From: an uncultured Wohlfahrtiimonas sp.
GTDB lineage: Bacteria > Pseudomonadota > Gammaproteobacteria > Cardiobacteriales > Wohlfahrtiimonadaceae
Assembly: GCA_947631095.1 (NCBI GenBank)
Contig: CANRJX010000001.1
Span: 1 to 62,097, forward strand
Reading direction: 5' to 3'
DNA: 62,097 nucleotides
The notes below the pieces were generated by a model that worked only from the letters and a program-made list of their open reading frames with translations, ran no database searches and was not told the origin of the DNA. Positions 48,718-57,312 of the stretch are shown here, piece after piece (within the stretch, counting starts at the first letter, position 1; the number at the start of each line of letters is the position of its first letter). The position numbers and the translations under genes were made by a program.

Positions 48718-49545
48718 ATGAAAAAAACATTAATTAGTACAGCATTAGTTCTAAGTAGTATTGTTGGAAGTTTGACTTTAGCGCAAACTTTTGAAGTTCC
48801 AGATCCTGTTGCAGTGATTGATGGTAAACCACTATCGAAAGCTGATTTTCAAGCAGCTTTAGAGCCAATTGTTGGTGTGGATAATTTAGATTTTATACAG
48901 AATGCTCAGCAGTTGAATGAATTTGTTACTCAATTAGCATTACAAGAACAGTTAGCAAATGCAGCTAAAAAAGAAGGTTTAGATCAAACTAATGAGTATA
49001 AAAAATTTATTGAATATGCTGAAAGATCAGGTCTTTCTCAAGCATATTTGAAAAAATTAGTTGATGAAATCAAAGTCTCTGATGAAGATGTTAAAGCAGA
49101 ATATGAGAAACAAGTAAAAGCGATTGATAAAAAAGAGTATCGTGCAGCGCATATTTTGGTAGAAAAAGAGTCTGAAGCTAAAGAGTTATTGGCAAAATTA
49201 AAAGATAAAAAGAAACCTTTATCTTTTGCTGATGCAGCACAACAATATTCGAAAGATCCAGGATCAAAAGATAATGGTGGTGAATTGGGCTGGTTTAGAG
49301 CGCAAGTTATGGTGCCTGAATTTGGTGAAGCATTGCAAACAATGAGTGCTGGTGAAATTTCTGAAGCACCGGTGAAAACACAATTTGGTTATCACATTAT
49401 TAACTTAGAAGAAGTGCGTGAAACACCGATTGATTCATTAGAAGTTTCAGAAGAGCGCATTAAAGATTCTCTAATGGCGAATGAGCTTCGTGATAAAATT
49501 GATGAGATTCAGCAAAAAATTAAGATTGAATATAAAGCTCAATAA
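48718..49545 (+). CDS. Periplasmic parvulin-type peptidyl-prolyl cis-trans isomerase
   Basis: Signal peptide; AAHILV, SKDPGSKDNGGELGWF, MVPEF, PVKTQFGYHII. Confidence 0.93.
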   Translation: MKKTLISTALVLSSIVGSLTLAQTFEVPDPVAVIDGKPLSKADFQAALEPIVGVDNLDFIQNAQQLNEFVTQLALQEQLANAAKKEGLDQTNEYKKFIEYAERSGLSQAYLKKLVDEIKVSDEDVKAEYEKQVKAIDKKEYRAAHILVEKESEAKELLAKLKDKKKPLSFADAAQQYSKDPGSKDNGGELGWFRAQVMVPEFGEALQTMSAGEISEAPVKTQFGYHIINLEEVRETPIDSLEVSEERIKDSLMANELRDKIDEIQQKIKIEYKAQ

Positions 49546-49567
49546 TTTTATATAGCATCAATTATGT

Positions 49568-49598
49568 AAAAGCCTGAATCAGCGATTTGGGCTTTTTT
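49568..49598 (+). terminator. Terminator after the PPIase gene
   Basis: AAAAGCCTGAATC/GATTTGGGCTTTT plus T run. Confidence 0.7.
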
Positions 49599-49624
49599 AT
49601 TATTACGAATTAGGAATAAATATT

Positions 49625-50632
49625 GTGGATTTTTTAGCAGATTACTTTTTGTTTTTCTTCAAACTCATCACTATCGTTGTATCTCTTTTAGTGATTTTAA
49701 TTGTGATTAAAGGTGGAAGAGATCTTAAAAAGAAGAAAGGTGAAATCGTTTTTGAAGATTTATCAGAAGAGTTTAATGATTTAAAAGAGTCATATAATGA
49801 ACTAGTATCAGATGAAAAATCTGAAGACGAAACAGCAGAGGCAAAAAATACTAAAAAATGGTGGCAATTTTGGAAAAAGAAATCAGAAGCTAAGGATGAT
49901 GAGAAAAAAGTATTGTCTAAACTTTTTGTGATTGATTTTGATGGGGATATGGCTGCGAATGCTGCACAAAATTTAAAGCAAGAAGTGAATGCTGTATTAA
50001 GTGTTGCTAAAGAAAATGATGAAGTTTTAGTGCGTTTAAAAAGTCCGGGCGGTGTTGTGAATGGCTATGGTTTAGCGGCTGCGCAATTAGAAAGATTCAA
50101 AGATAAAAATTTAGACTTAACTGTTGCAGTGGATGAAGTTGCTGCAAGTGGTGGCTATTTAATGGCTTGTGTTGCGAATAAAATTGTCGCTGCACCATTT
50201 GCAATCTTAGGTTCTATTGGTGTTGTGGCGCAGTTACCAAATTTTCATAGATTATTGGAAAAATATGATATCGATTATGAGCAATTCACTGCAGGTAAAT
50301 ATAAACGCACTGTTACGATGTTTGGTGAAAACACAGAAGAAGGTCGTGAAAAATTCAAAGAAGAATTAGAAGATATTCATGTGATTTTTAAAGAATATGT
50401 CAGTAAGCATCGTCCTCAAATGGACATTGAAAAAATTGCGACAGGTGAGCATTGGTTAGGAACACAGGCATTAACACTTAATTTAGTCGATGAGTTACAA
50501 ACAAGTGATGCTTATTTATTATCTAAACTAGAAGCATTCCGAGTGATCCATGTTGGTTTTGTTGAGCGTAAGTCATTACGTTCAAGTGCATTGAAAATTT
50601 TAGCTAGAATACAATCTCGTTTTTCATACTAA
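49625..50632 (+). CDS. sohB: Protease SohB (S49)
   Basis: N-terminal TM, SPGGVVNGYGLAAAQL, VAASGGYLMAC, GSIGVVAQ, TAGKYKRTVTMFGEN. Confidence 0.95.
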   Translation: MDFLADYFLFFFKLITIVVSLLVILIVIKGGRDLKKKKGEIVFEDLSEEFNDLKESYNELVSDEKSEDETAEAKNTKKWWQFWKKKSEAKDDEKKVLSKLFVIDFDGDMAANAAQNLKQEVNAVLSVAKENDEVLVRLKSPGGVVNGYGLAAAQLERFKDKNLDLTVAVDEVAASGGYLMACVANKIVAAPFAILGSIGVVAQLPNFHRLLEKYDIDYEQFTAGKYKRTVTMFGENTEEGREKFKEELEDIHVIFKEYVSKHRPQMDIEKIATGEHWLGTQALTLNLVDELQTSDAYLLSKLEAFRVIHVGFVERKSLRSSALKILARIQSRFSY

Positions 50633-50650
50633 TAATAAAAGGCATAAGAT

Positions 50651-51232
50651 ATGACAAGTTCGATGATAATTTGGTTGATCGTAATAATCGTTGTAATTGC
50701 AGTGATTGTGATCTTTAATCGCTTAGTGCGTAAACGAAATTATTGTCGTAACAGTTTTGCACAAATTGATGTGCAGTTAAAAAAACGTCATGATCTTGTG
50801 CCTAATTTGGTATCAGTTGCACAAGGTTATTTAGATCATGAAGCAACTGTACTCGAACGAGTAATTTCTGCGCGTCAAAGAGCGTCTGATAGCTTAATTG
50901 CATCCAAAAATGATATTGGTTCATTAGCAGCTATGCAGATGTTATTGAGCAGTGAAGCAAGCTTTTCATCCGCATTGCAAGGTTTTTTTGCCAATGTTGA
51001 AGCTTATCCTGATCTGAAAGCTAGCCAACAAATGAAGTTATTGCATGAAGAATTAGTTCACATTGAAAATAGTATTGCTTATGCAAGACAAGCTTATAAT
51101 GACAGCGTGACATTTTATAATATTGATCGCGAATCTTTTCCATCTAGTCTTATTGCAAAATTATTAGGATTTAAGCGCATCGAGCAATTGGAGCTACCAG
51201 TTGAAGGTGGTGCGCCAAAAGTATTTGAATGA
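50651..51232 (+). CDS. lemA: LemA family protein
   Basis: N-terminal TM, QIDVQLKKRHDLVPNLV, EAYPDLKA, ARQAYND, FPSSLIA. Confidence 0.93.
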   Translation: MTSSMIIWLIVIIVVIAVIVIFNRLVRKRNYCRNSFAQIDVQLKKRHDLVPNLVSVAQGYLDHEATVLERVISARQRASDSLIASKNDIGSLAAMQMLLSSEASFSSALQGFFANVEAYPDLKASQQMKLLHEELVHIENSIAYARQAYNDSVTFYNIDRESFPSSLIAKLLGFKRIEQLELPVEGGAPKVFE

Positions 51233-53397
51233 TTGTTCAAGTTGCTATTCCAAGCCCGCTATATTCTTTATTCGACTATGAATTAGAAACAGAAAGATTA
51301 GAAACACCGATCGGCTATCGGGTTCGAGTCTCTTTTGGGCGTCAAAATTTGGTGGGTATCGTTATTGGAGTTGCCAATGAAAGTATTCATAAAAAATTAA
51401 AAAAAGCTGATCTTTTAGATAGTTTACCAATCATGACTGAAGATCTATTAAAGTTAGGGCGGTGGATTGCGGATTATTATCATGCACCAATTGGTCTTGT
51501 CTTTAAGATGATGTTGCCACAAAAGTTGCGTAAAGATGAAGCATATGAGCGTACACGAGAAACTTATCTAGGATTGTCTGATAACTTTCAGACATGGATT
51601 AAAGATAATCCAACTAAAAAAGCCAGAACATTTTTAATTGAGCAATTAGCGGAACATTTGCCAATAAAACGTTCTGAATTTAGTCAAAAATTTTCCAACT
51701 TTAAAACCCATGAAAAAGCTTTAATGGCTGATAAAGTTGTGCTTCACGTGGAACAATATGCCGATCGTTTAGATTTATCGAGCCACAATTTTCCTACGTT
51801 GCCTTATGCACTAAATGATGAACAAAAGCACGCTGTGCAAGCGATTAATTTGAACAAGTTTTCAGTCTCTTTGCTAGAAGGCGTCACAGGCTCAGGAAAA
51901 ACTGCGGTTTATTTAGAGTTGGCAAAAAGAGTGTTGCAAGAAGGTCAGCAAGTTTTAATCTTAGTGCCTGAAATTGGTTTAACACCACAATTTATAGAAA
52001 GAGTAAAAAATATTTTATCTGTACCATTTGTCGTGGTGCATTCCGAAGTGAATGAAACAGAGAAGATAAGAGCGTGGGAAGCAGCTAAGTATCATACTGT
52101 ATCTTTAGTGATTGGAACACGTTCAGCGCTCTTTACTCCCTTTGATCATTTAGGGATGATTATCATTGATGAAGAACATGATGGCTCTTATCGTCAAAGA
52201 GATACAGTGCGTTATTCAGCGCATGATGCAGCCATTCAAAGAGCGTATTTTTTAAATATTCCCATTGTATTAGGGTCTGCAACTCCGATTTTAGAAACCA
52301 TTCATAATGTAGAAAAAGGGCGATATCAATTATTATCATTGAGTGAGCGGGCTAAAGGTAAAATACCTGATTGGCAAGTAGTAGATATGAATGAAACCAT
52401 GTCTATGGATGGATTGTCAGTTGAATTACTGAATGAAATTGAGGTCACATTACAGCGCCAAGAACAGATAATTATCTACATTAACCGCCGTGGGTATTCT
52501 CCTGTTTTAATGTGCGAGGGCTGTGGTTGGGTGCCTGAATGCAAATCTTGTGAATATCGCTTAACGGTTTATCGTAAAACAAACAGTTTACGTTGCCATC
52601 ATTGTAATCATATCGAAGCATTGCCTCGTAAATGTCCAAGTTGTAATCAGGCGTTATTAAAAATGCTAGGGCACGGGACAGAGCGCATTGAAAAAGCATT
52701 ACAGGACGCATTTCCCAAAGCGAATGTTATTCGTTTTGATAGAGATCAGCTAAAAAGTAAAACAGCATTTGCTTCAGCTGTTGATCAAGTTATCGAAGGT
52801 GAAGCTGATATTATTATTGGTACACAAATGATCGCCAAAGGGCATGATTTTGCGAAAGTGACATTGGTTGGCATCGTGGATATTGATGGTATTTTATATT
52901 CATCAGATTTTCGTGCTGAAGAAAAATTAGCGCAAACTTTGATGCAAGTATCAGGACGATCAGGTCGTGATGTCTCTCATGGTAAAGTTATTATACAAAC
53001 TCATTTTCCTGAGCATGCACTATTCAATGATTTGCCTAAACAAGGTTATGCACAATTTTCTCGTAATTTATTGGAGCAAAGACAGCATTTTGAATTTCCA
53101 CCTTATGAATATCAGGCTTTGTTCCAAGTAGAAGGGCAGAATGAACGAGAAACCCTGCAGGCATTTGAGCAGTTGATGCAAAATGTTGATTGTCGAAATT
53201 ATCCTGTTGGTATTACGCCAATTTATCCAAATGCTTTGTCGAAGCGGCAAAATTTTTATCGTTTTTATATTGTGTTGCAGAGCAAGTCACGGAAGGATTT
53301 GCATAAAGCTGTGCATTATTTAATGACATCAGCGACAACAATATTGCCCAGTAAAATTAGGCATTTTTGTGAAATCGATCCGTGGGATTTTGATTAA
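51229..53397 (+). CDS. priA: Primosomal protein N' (replication restart helicase)
   Basis: GVTGSGKT, LVPEIGLTPQ, DEEHD, NRRGYS, four CxxC pairs, GTQMIAKGHDF, QVSGRSGR. Confidence 0.98.
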   Translation: MIVQVAIPSPLYSLFDYELETERLETPIGYRVRVSFGRQNLVGIVIGVANESIHKKLKKADLLDSLPIMTEDLLKLGRWIADYYHAPIGLVFKMMLPQKLRKDEAYERTRETYLGLSDNFQTWIKDNPTKKARTFLIEQLAEHLPIKRSEFSQKFSNFKTHEKALMADKVVLHVEQYADRLDLSSHNFPTLPYALNDEQKHAVQAINLNKFSVSLLEGVTGSGKTAVYLELAKRVLQEGQQVLILVPEIGLTPQFIERVKNILSVPFVVVHSEVNETEKIRAWEAAKYHTVSLVIGTRSALFTPFDHLGMIIIDEEHDGSYRQRDTVRYSAHDAAIQRAYFLNIPIVLGSATPILETIHNVEKGRYQLLSLSERAKGKIPDWQVVDMNETMSMDGLSVELLNEIEVTLQRQEQIIIYINRRGYSPVLMCEGCGWVPECKSCEYRLTVYRKTNSLRCHHCNHIEALPRKCPSCNQALLKMLGHGTERIEKALQDAFPKANVIRFDRDQLKSKTAFASAVDQVIEGEADIIIGTQMIAKGHDFAKVTLVGIVDIDGILYSSDFRAEEKLAQTLMQVSGRSGRDVSHGKVIIQTHFPEHALFNDLPKQGYAQFSRNLLEQRQHFEFPPYEYQALFQVEGQNERETLQAFEQLMQNVDCRNYPVGITPIYPNALSKRQNFYRFYIVLQSKSRKDLHKAVHYLMTSATTILPSKIRHFCEIDPWDFD

Positions 53398-53910
53398 TTA
53401 GTACCAACCACGATGTCGCCAATGTCGATGGTATGGATTCCATGGAAATGGATCATCATCCCATCTATTGTGTTCGTAGCTAGACCAATAGCGAAAATTA
53501 TCACCAGTGACTTCAACATGTAAAATATCCATATCATTGCCTGCGATATTCTCTTTCTGGAAGCTGATGATTTTACCCAAAACAGCCATACGATCACCGG
53601 ATGCTATATCTATAAAGTTGATTTTCGCATTCGGTGCAAATGTAATGAATATGCGTTGATCAAAGTTGTTGCTTCCTTCTTCAGGGTAACCAGAGCTATT
53701 GATGTGACGTTTGACCAACTCTACTTGGCGCTTGCCACGATCTATGCTAGTGATTTGTCCACCAACATAAGCTTGACGATCAATAATTTCTGCTTGTGGC
53801 AATTGAACAATCGCTTCATAGTGCAACGCATCTCTAGCCTGATTGACTAAGAAGTTAGATGCACAGCCGGAGACAAATAGTGCTAATACTACAAAAAATG
53901 ATTTTTTCAT
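53398..53910 (-). CDS. Slp family outer membrane lipoprotein
   Basis: Lipobox VSGC; GGQI, ELV....SSGYP, VLGKI and a Trp/Pro/Tyr/His-rich C-terminal tail. Confidence 0.65.
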   Translation of the reverse strand: MKKSFFVVLALFVSGCASNFLVNQARDALHYEAIVQLPQAEIIDRQAYVGGQITSIDRGKRQVELVKRHINSSGYPEEGSNNFDQRIFITFAPNAKINFIDIASGDRMAVLGKIISFQKENIAGNDMDILHVEVTGDNFRYWSSYEHNRWDDDPFPWNPYHRHWRHRGWY

Positions 53911-53970
53911 GGTTGCTCCATTGGTTAATGAGCGAAAAATGGACTGTGATCTAGCATATCAAAAAGAGCA

Positions 53971-54177
53971 CTAAATCAAAATAATCTTTGCTTTATCTTC
54001 TTCTGTAAGAGTTTCATACCAATCATCGCCGATGATTTCTATCGGATGCTGAGATCTGTCTGAGCCATTACCACACAACATTTTGGTGGCGGCACAAAAT
54101 TTATCACATCCCCAGCAGATTCGTTCGGGATGTTTTGGATTCAAAGGAAAGCGCATTTTTTTATCTTTTTTCTTCAT
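53971..54177 (-). CDS. DUF3079 family cysteine-rich small protein
   Basis: FPLNPKHPERICWGCDKFC...CGNGSDRSQHP.E..GDDW; start at 54177 with AAGGA RBS. Confidence 0.85.
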   Translation of the reverse strand: MKKKDKKMRFPLNPKHPERICWGCDKFCAATKMLCGNGSDRSQHPIEIIGDDWYETLTEEDKAKIILI

Positions 54178-54198
54178 ATGAATCCTTTGATTGTTCAT

Positions 54199-54936
54199 TT
54201 AGTTTTTAAAACGCAGTAAGCCCTCAAGCACAAGATGTTTATGAACATGATAGTTCGTTTGTGGCAACATTGGCTCTAGAATATCTTTAAGCCATTTAGC
54301 TCGACCACCTGCTAATATTACTCGATCTACATCTGGTAGAGATTGATATAGAGCAACGATTGAGCCTGCAATCGCATAATGAATGCCTGAAGAGATGCAT
54401 AAATTTGTATTGTGTCCCAGTTTACTTGTGTATGTTAATTCTGAAACATTTTGAATTGCCGTATCTTTAAGTAAGGCATCTCTTAAGGATTTAATTCCCG
54501 GTAGAATGAGTCCGCCTTTAAAATCTCCTTCTTTAGAAATATAATCGATCGTTAATGCCGTTCCTAAATCAACAACTAACATAGGTTCACGATAAATATC
54601 CCAAGCAGCTAGCATGCCGAGCCAACGATCGACCCCTAAAGATTCTGGTAAATCATATTGATTGGTTAAACCCAATGCGGATTTTTGTGAAATTGCTATG
54701 GTTGGTTTTACATCTGAGAATTCTGAAATATTACTGAGTAGACGTTCTAGTCGTTCACTTTTAGTGACTGAAGCAATTTTAATTTCATCCGGTATCGGAT
54801 ATAAATTAAAGAGTTTTCTAACAAAGTTATGCACATCTGAATAATCAATAAACTGATAGTGAGATAAGCCGACTTCTTCGGTAAATAGTGCAAACTTAAT
54901 ACAAGTATTACCACAATCAAATAAAAATTTAGGCAT
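54199..54936 (-). CDS. coaX: Type III pantothenate kinase
   Basis: DCGNTCIK, LGVDRW, VVDLGTALTID, GGLILPG, LVLEGL; overlaps birA. Confidence 0.95.
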   Translation of the reverse strand: MPKFLFDCGNTCIKFALFTEEVGLSHYQFIDYSDVHNFVRKLFNLYPIPDEIKIASVTKSERLERLLSNISEFSDVKPTIAISQKSALGLTNQYDLPESLGVDRWLGMLAAWDIYREPMLVVDLGTALTIDYISKEGDFKGGLILPGIKSLRDALLKDTAIQNVSELTYTSKLGHNTNLCISSGIHYAIAGSIVALYQSLPDVDRVILAGGRAKWLKDILEPMLPQTNYHVHKHLVLEGLLRFKN

Positions 54937-55888
54937 AAGCGCGGAGCGATAGCTCTCCTGAAAAGTACTGCTGAATCGTTCCATCTTCATGTTCGATGAG
55001 TAGTGCGCCATTGTCGGCAATTCCAATCTCAGTGCCGATGATCTCTCTCATTGGTGAAAACAGCTTAATTTTTTGCCCATAAAGAGCGCTATAGTCATTC
55101 CATATATTGGCAATATTCGGAGGATTAAAGTTTTCGTACTCATCCCTCAATTTAGATGTGAAATTTATAATATCGACAATTAACTCATTACGATTAAATG
55201 CGTGACCTAAAATTTCATAAATTGATGTGGCTTTGTTTTGAGCAAAATTAGCATCAACTAATGGAAGGTTATTTAGGCCGATACCAATGACCATTTCAAC
55301 TTCATGTTCTGATTTTGCATAAGTTTCAATCAATATACCGGCAAGTTTTGCACCATTGACCCATATATCATTTGGCCATTTAATTTTGGCAGGAATATTT
55401 TTGCTTTGTAGATATTCAACCAAATATAAGCCAACAGCTGGGCTAAAGCTTGTAAGGTTTGCCAATGCTTGTGCTTTGAATTGAATGCGCATTGAAAAAT
55501 AAAGATTTCGCGCTAACGGTGAAGACCAAACTTTACCATTGCGTCCTCTGCCTTGTGTTTGCGCTTCGCTCACCATTACTAAAGCTTTATTGAGTGGTAA
55601 TTTCGCAATTTCTTCATTAGTAGAGGTTACATCTAATAATGTGATGACATCATCAACAGTGTTTTTGGGTAAGCTTGCTAAAATGGACTGTTTATCTAAA
55701 GGGATATAAGGATAAATAGCTTTATAGCCTTGTCTGCCGATAGTTTCAACAAGATGACCTGTTTTTAATTCGTTGATCGCTTTCCAAATCGCTTGGCGTG
55801 TAACATCAAAGCGTTCAGCTAATGCTTCACCGCTATATAGTTCACCAGATTGTAAAAGATAAAAGAGTTCTTTGGCTAATGGAGACAT
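54929..55888 (-). CDS. birA: Biotin--[acetyl-CoA carboxylase] ligase with HTH
   Basis: SGEALA...VTRQAIWK HTH, STNE, QTQGRGRNGKVW, KWPND, KLAGILIE. Confidence 0.96.
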   Translation of the reverse strand: MSPLAKELFYLLQSGELYSGEALAERFDVTRQAIWKAINELKTGHLVETIGRQGYKAIYPYIPLDKQSILASLPKNTVDDVITLLDVTSTNEEIAKLPLNKALVMVSEAQTQGRGRNGKVWSSPLARNLYFSMRIQFKAQALANLTSFSPAVGLYLVEYLQSKNIPAKIKWPNDIWVNGAKLAGILIETYAKSEHEVEMVIGIGLNNLPLVDANFAQNKATSIYEILGHAFNRNELIVDIINFTSKLRDEYENFNPPNIANIWNDYSALYGQKIKLFSPMREIIGTEIGIADNGALLIEHEDGTIQQYFSGELSLRAYA

Positions 55889-55910
55889 AAAAATTGAGAT
55901 GACTTATAAA

Positions 55911-55940
55911 AGAAAAAAGTGCTCTATAGCACTTTTTTCT
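55911..55940 (-). terminator. Terminator after aspC and the small ORF
   Basis: AGAAAAAAGTGCT-ctat-AGCACTTTTTTCT. Confidence 0.8.
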
Positions 55941-55957
55941 GAATGATAAAGTATGTC

Positions 55958-56053
55958 CTAGCTAAAGAGAACAACAGAAATTACAGCAACGTAGCCAGTA
56001 ATGCAAAGACCCCAAATAATACAGAGTGGTAATTGGTTTTCAAAAAATTTCAT
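55958..56053 (-). CDS. Small (31 aa) single-pass membrane protein; not in ORF track
   Basis: MKFFENQLPLCIIWGLCITGYVAVISVVLFS*; GGGAG SD 7 nt upstream; lies between the aspC stop and the terminator. Confidence 0.65.
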   Translation of the reverse strand: MKFFENQLPLCIIWGLCITGYVAVISVVLFS

Positions 56054-56077
56054 CTCACATCTCCCTGACGTTATATA

Positions 56078-57280
56078 TTACAAAACTTTGATAATAGCTT
56101 GAGCCGATTGTAGAATATTATACTCGTTTAGGGCTGCAATACAAATTCTACCTGTATCAAGGATGTAAACACCGTGTTCGTTACGGAGTTGTTGAGCTTG
56201 TTCTTTTGTAAGGCCAGAGTAGCTGAACATACCTTGCTGTTCTTTAATGAAGTTAAAGTCTTTTTTTGTTTGTCCTTCATTTAATAGGGCTGTGAATTTT
56301 TCACGCATGGTATGAATGCGTTGACGCATTTCAGTTAATTCATCAAACCATTCTTGGCGTAAAGCATCATTACTTAATACATGGCCAACAATTGCTGCAC
56401 CGAAAATAGGAGGAGATGAATAGTTAGCACGCACCATTTTTTTCAACTGTGAAGTCACACGTACTTGCTCATCTGTTGAAGTTGTAACAACTGATAATGC
56501 ACCTACGCGTTCGCCATATAATGAGAATGATTTTGAAAATGAATTGGCAATTAAAACAGGTAAGCCAGCATCTGTCATGATATGAATAGCTTTTGCATCT
56601 TCTTGAACACCTTTTGCAAAACCTTGGTAAGCCATATCTAAGAATGGGATCAATGATTTTTCTTTGATTGTTTCAGCCAATTGGCGCCATTGTGCATCAT
56701 TTAAGTCAGCTCCTGTTGGGTTATGACAGCATGCATGTAATACAACAATCGAATTTTCTTCTAGCTTTTTGAAGAATTCTAACATTGCTTCAAAGCGTAC
56801 ACCGCCTGTTGCTGAATCAAAATAAGGGTAAGATTCAACTTCAAAACCTGCACCTTGGAAAATAGCACGGTGATTATCCCAAGTAGGATCAGAGATATAA
56901 ACTTTTGGTAATTTTTTATTAAAAAGTTGGCTTAGGAAATCAGCACCAACTTTTAATGCGCCAGTACCACCAAGTGTTTGTACTGTAGCTAAACGATTTT
57001 CAGCAATTACAGGGTGATGCTCTGCAAATAGTAAACGTTGTACTGAAATATTGTATGTTTGCAAACCATGCATTGGTAAATATACATGAGGTTTTTCTTC
57101 TGAGAACAATGTTTGTTGTGCTTTTTTCACAACATTCAAAACAGGCACTTTACCTTCAGCATCTCCATAAATACCAATTGTTAGATTGATTTTATCCTCT
57201 CTTGGGTCCTGCTTGAATTTTTCTACCAAGCCAAGAATAGGATCATCAGGTGCCAAAACAACATTATTAAAAACGTTCAT
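56078..57280 (-). CDS. Aspartate/aromatic amino acid aminotransferase (AspC/TyrB)
   Basis: DPILGL, QTLGGTGAL, HACCHNPTG, DMAYQGF, SFSKSFSLYGERVGAL, GMFSYSGL; start reassigned to 57280. Confidence 0.95.
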   Translation of the reverse strand: MNVFNNVVLAPDDPILGLVEKFKQDPREDKINLTIGIYGDAEGKVPVLNVVKKAQQTLFSEEKPHVYLPMHGLQTYNISVQRLLFAEHHPVIAENRLATVQTLGGTGALKVGADFLSQLFNKKLPKVYISDPTWDNHRAIFQGAGFEVESYPYFDSATGGVRFEAMLEFFKKLEENSIVVLHACCHNPTGADLNDAQWRQLAETIKEKSLIPFLDMAYQGFAKGVQEDAKAIHIMTDAGLPVLIANSFSKSFSLYGERVGALSVVTTSTDEQVRVTSQLKKMVRANYSSPPIFGAAIVGHVLSNDALRQEWFDELTEMRQRIHTMREKFTALLNEGQTKKDFNFIKEQQGMFSYSGLTKEQAQQLRNEHGVYILDTGRICIAALNEYNILQSAQAIIKVL

Positions 57281-57312
57281 ATATATTTCCTTTGAAGTTA
57301 AACAGACTACTT

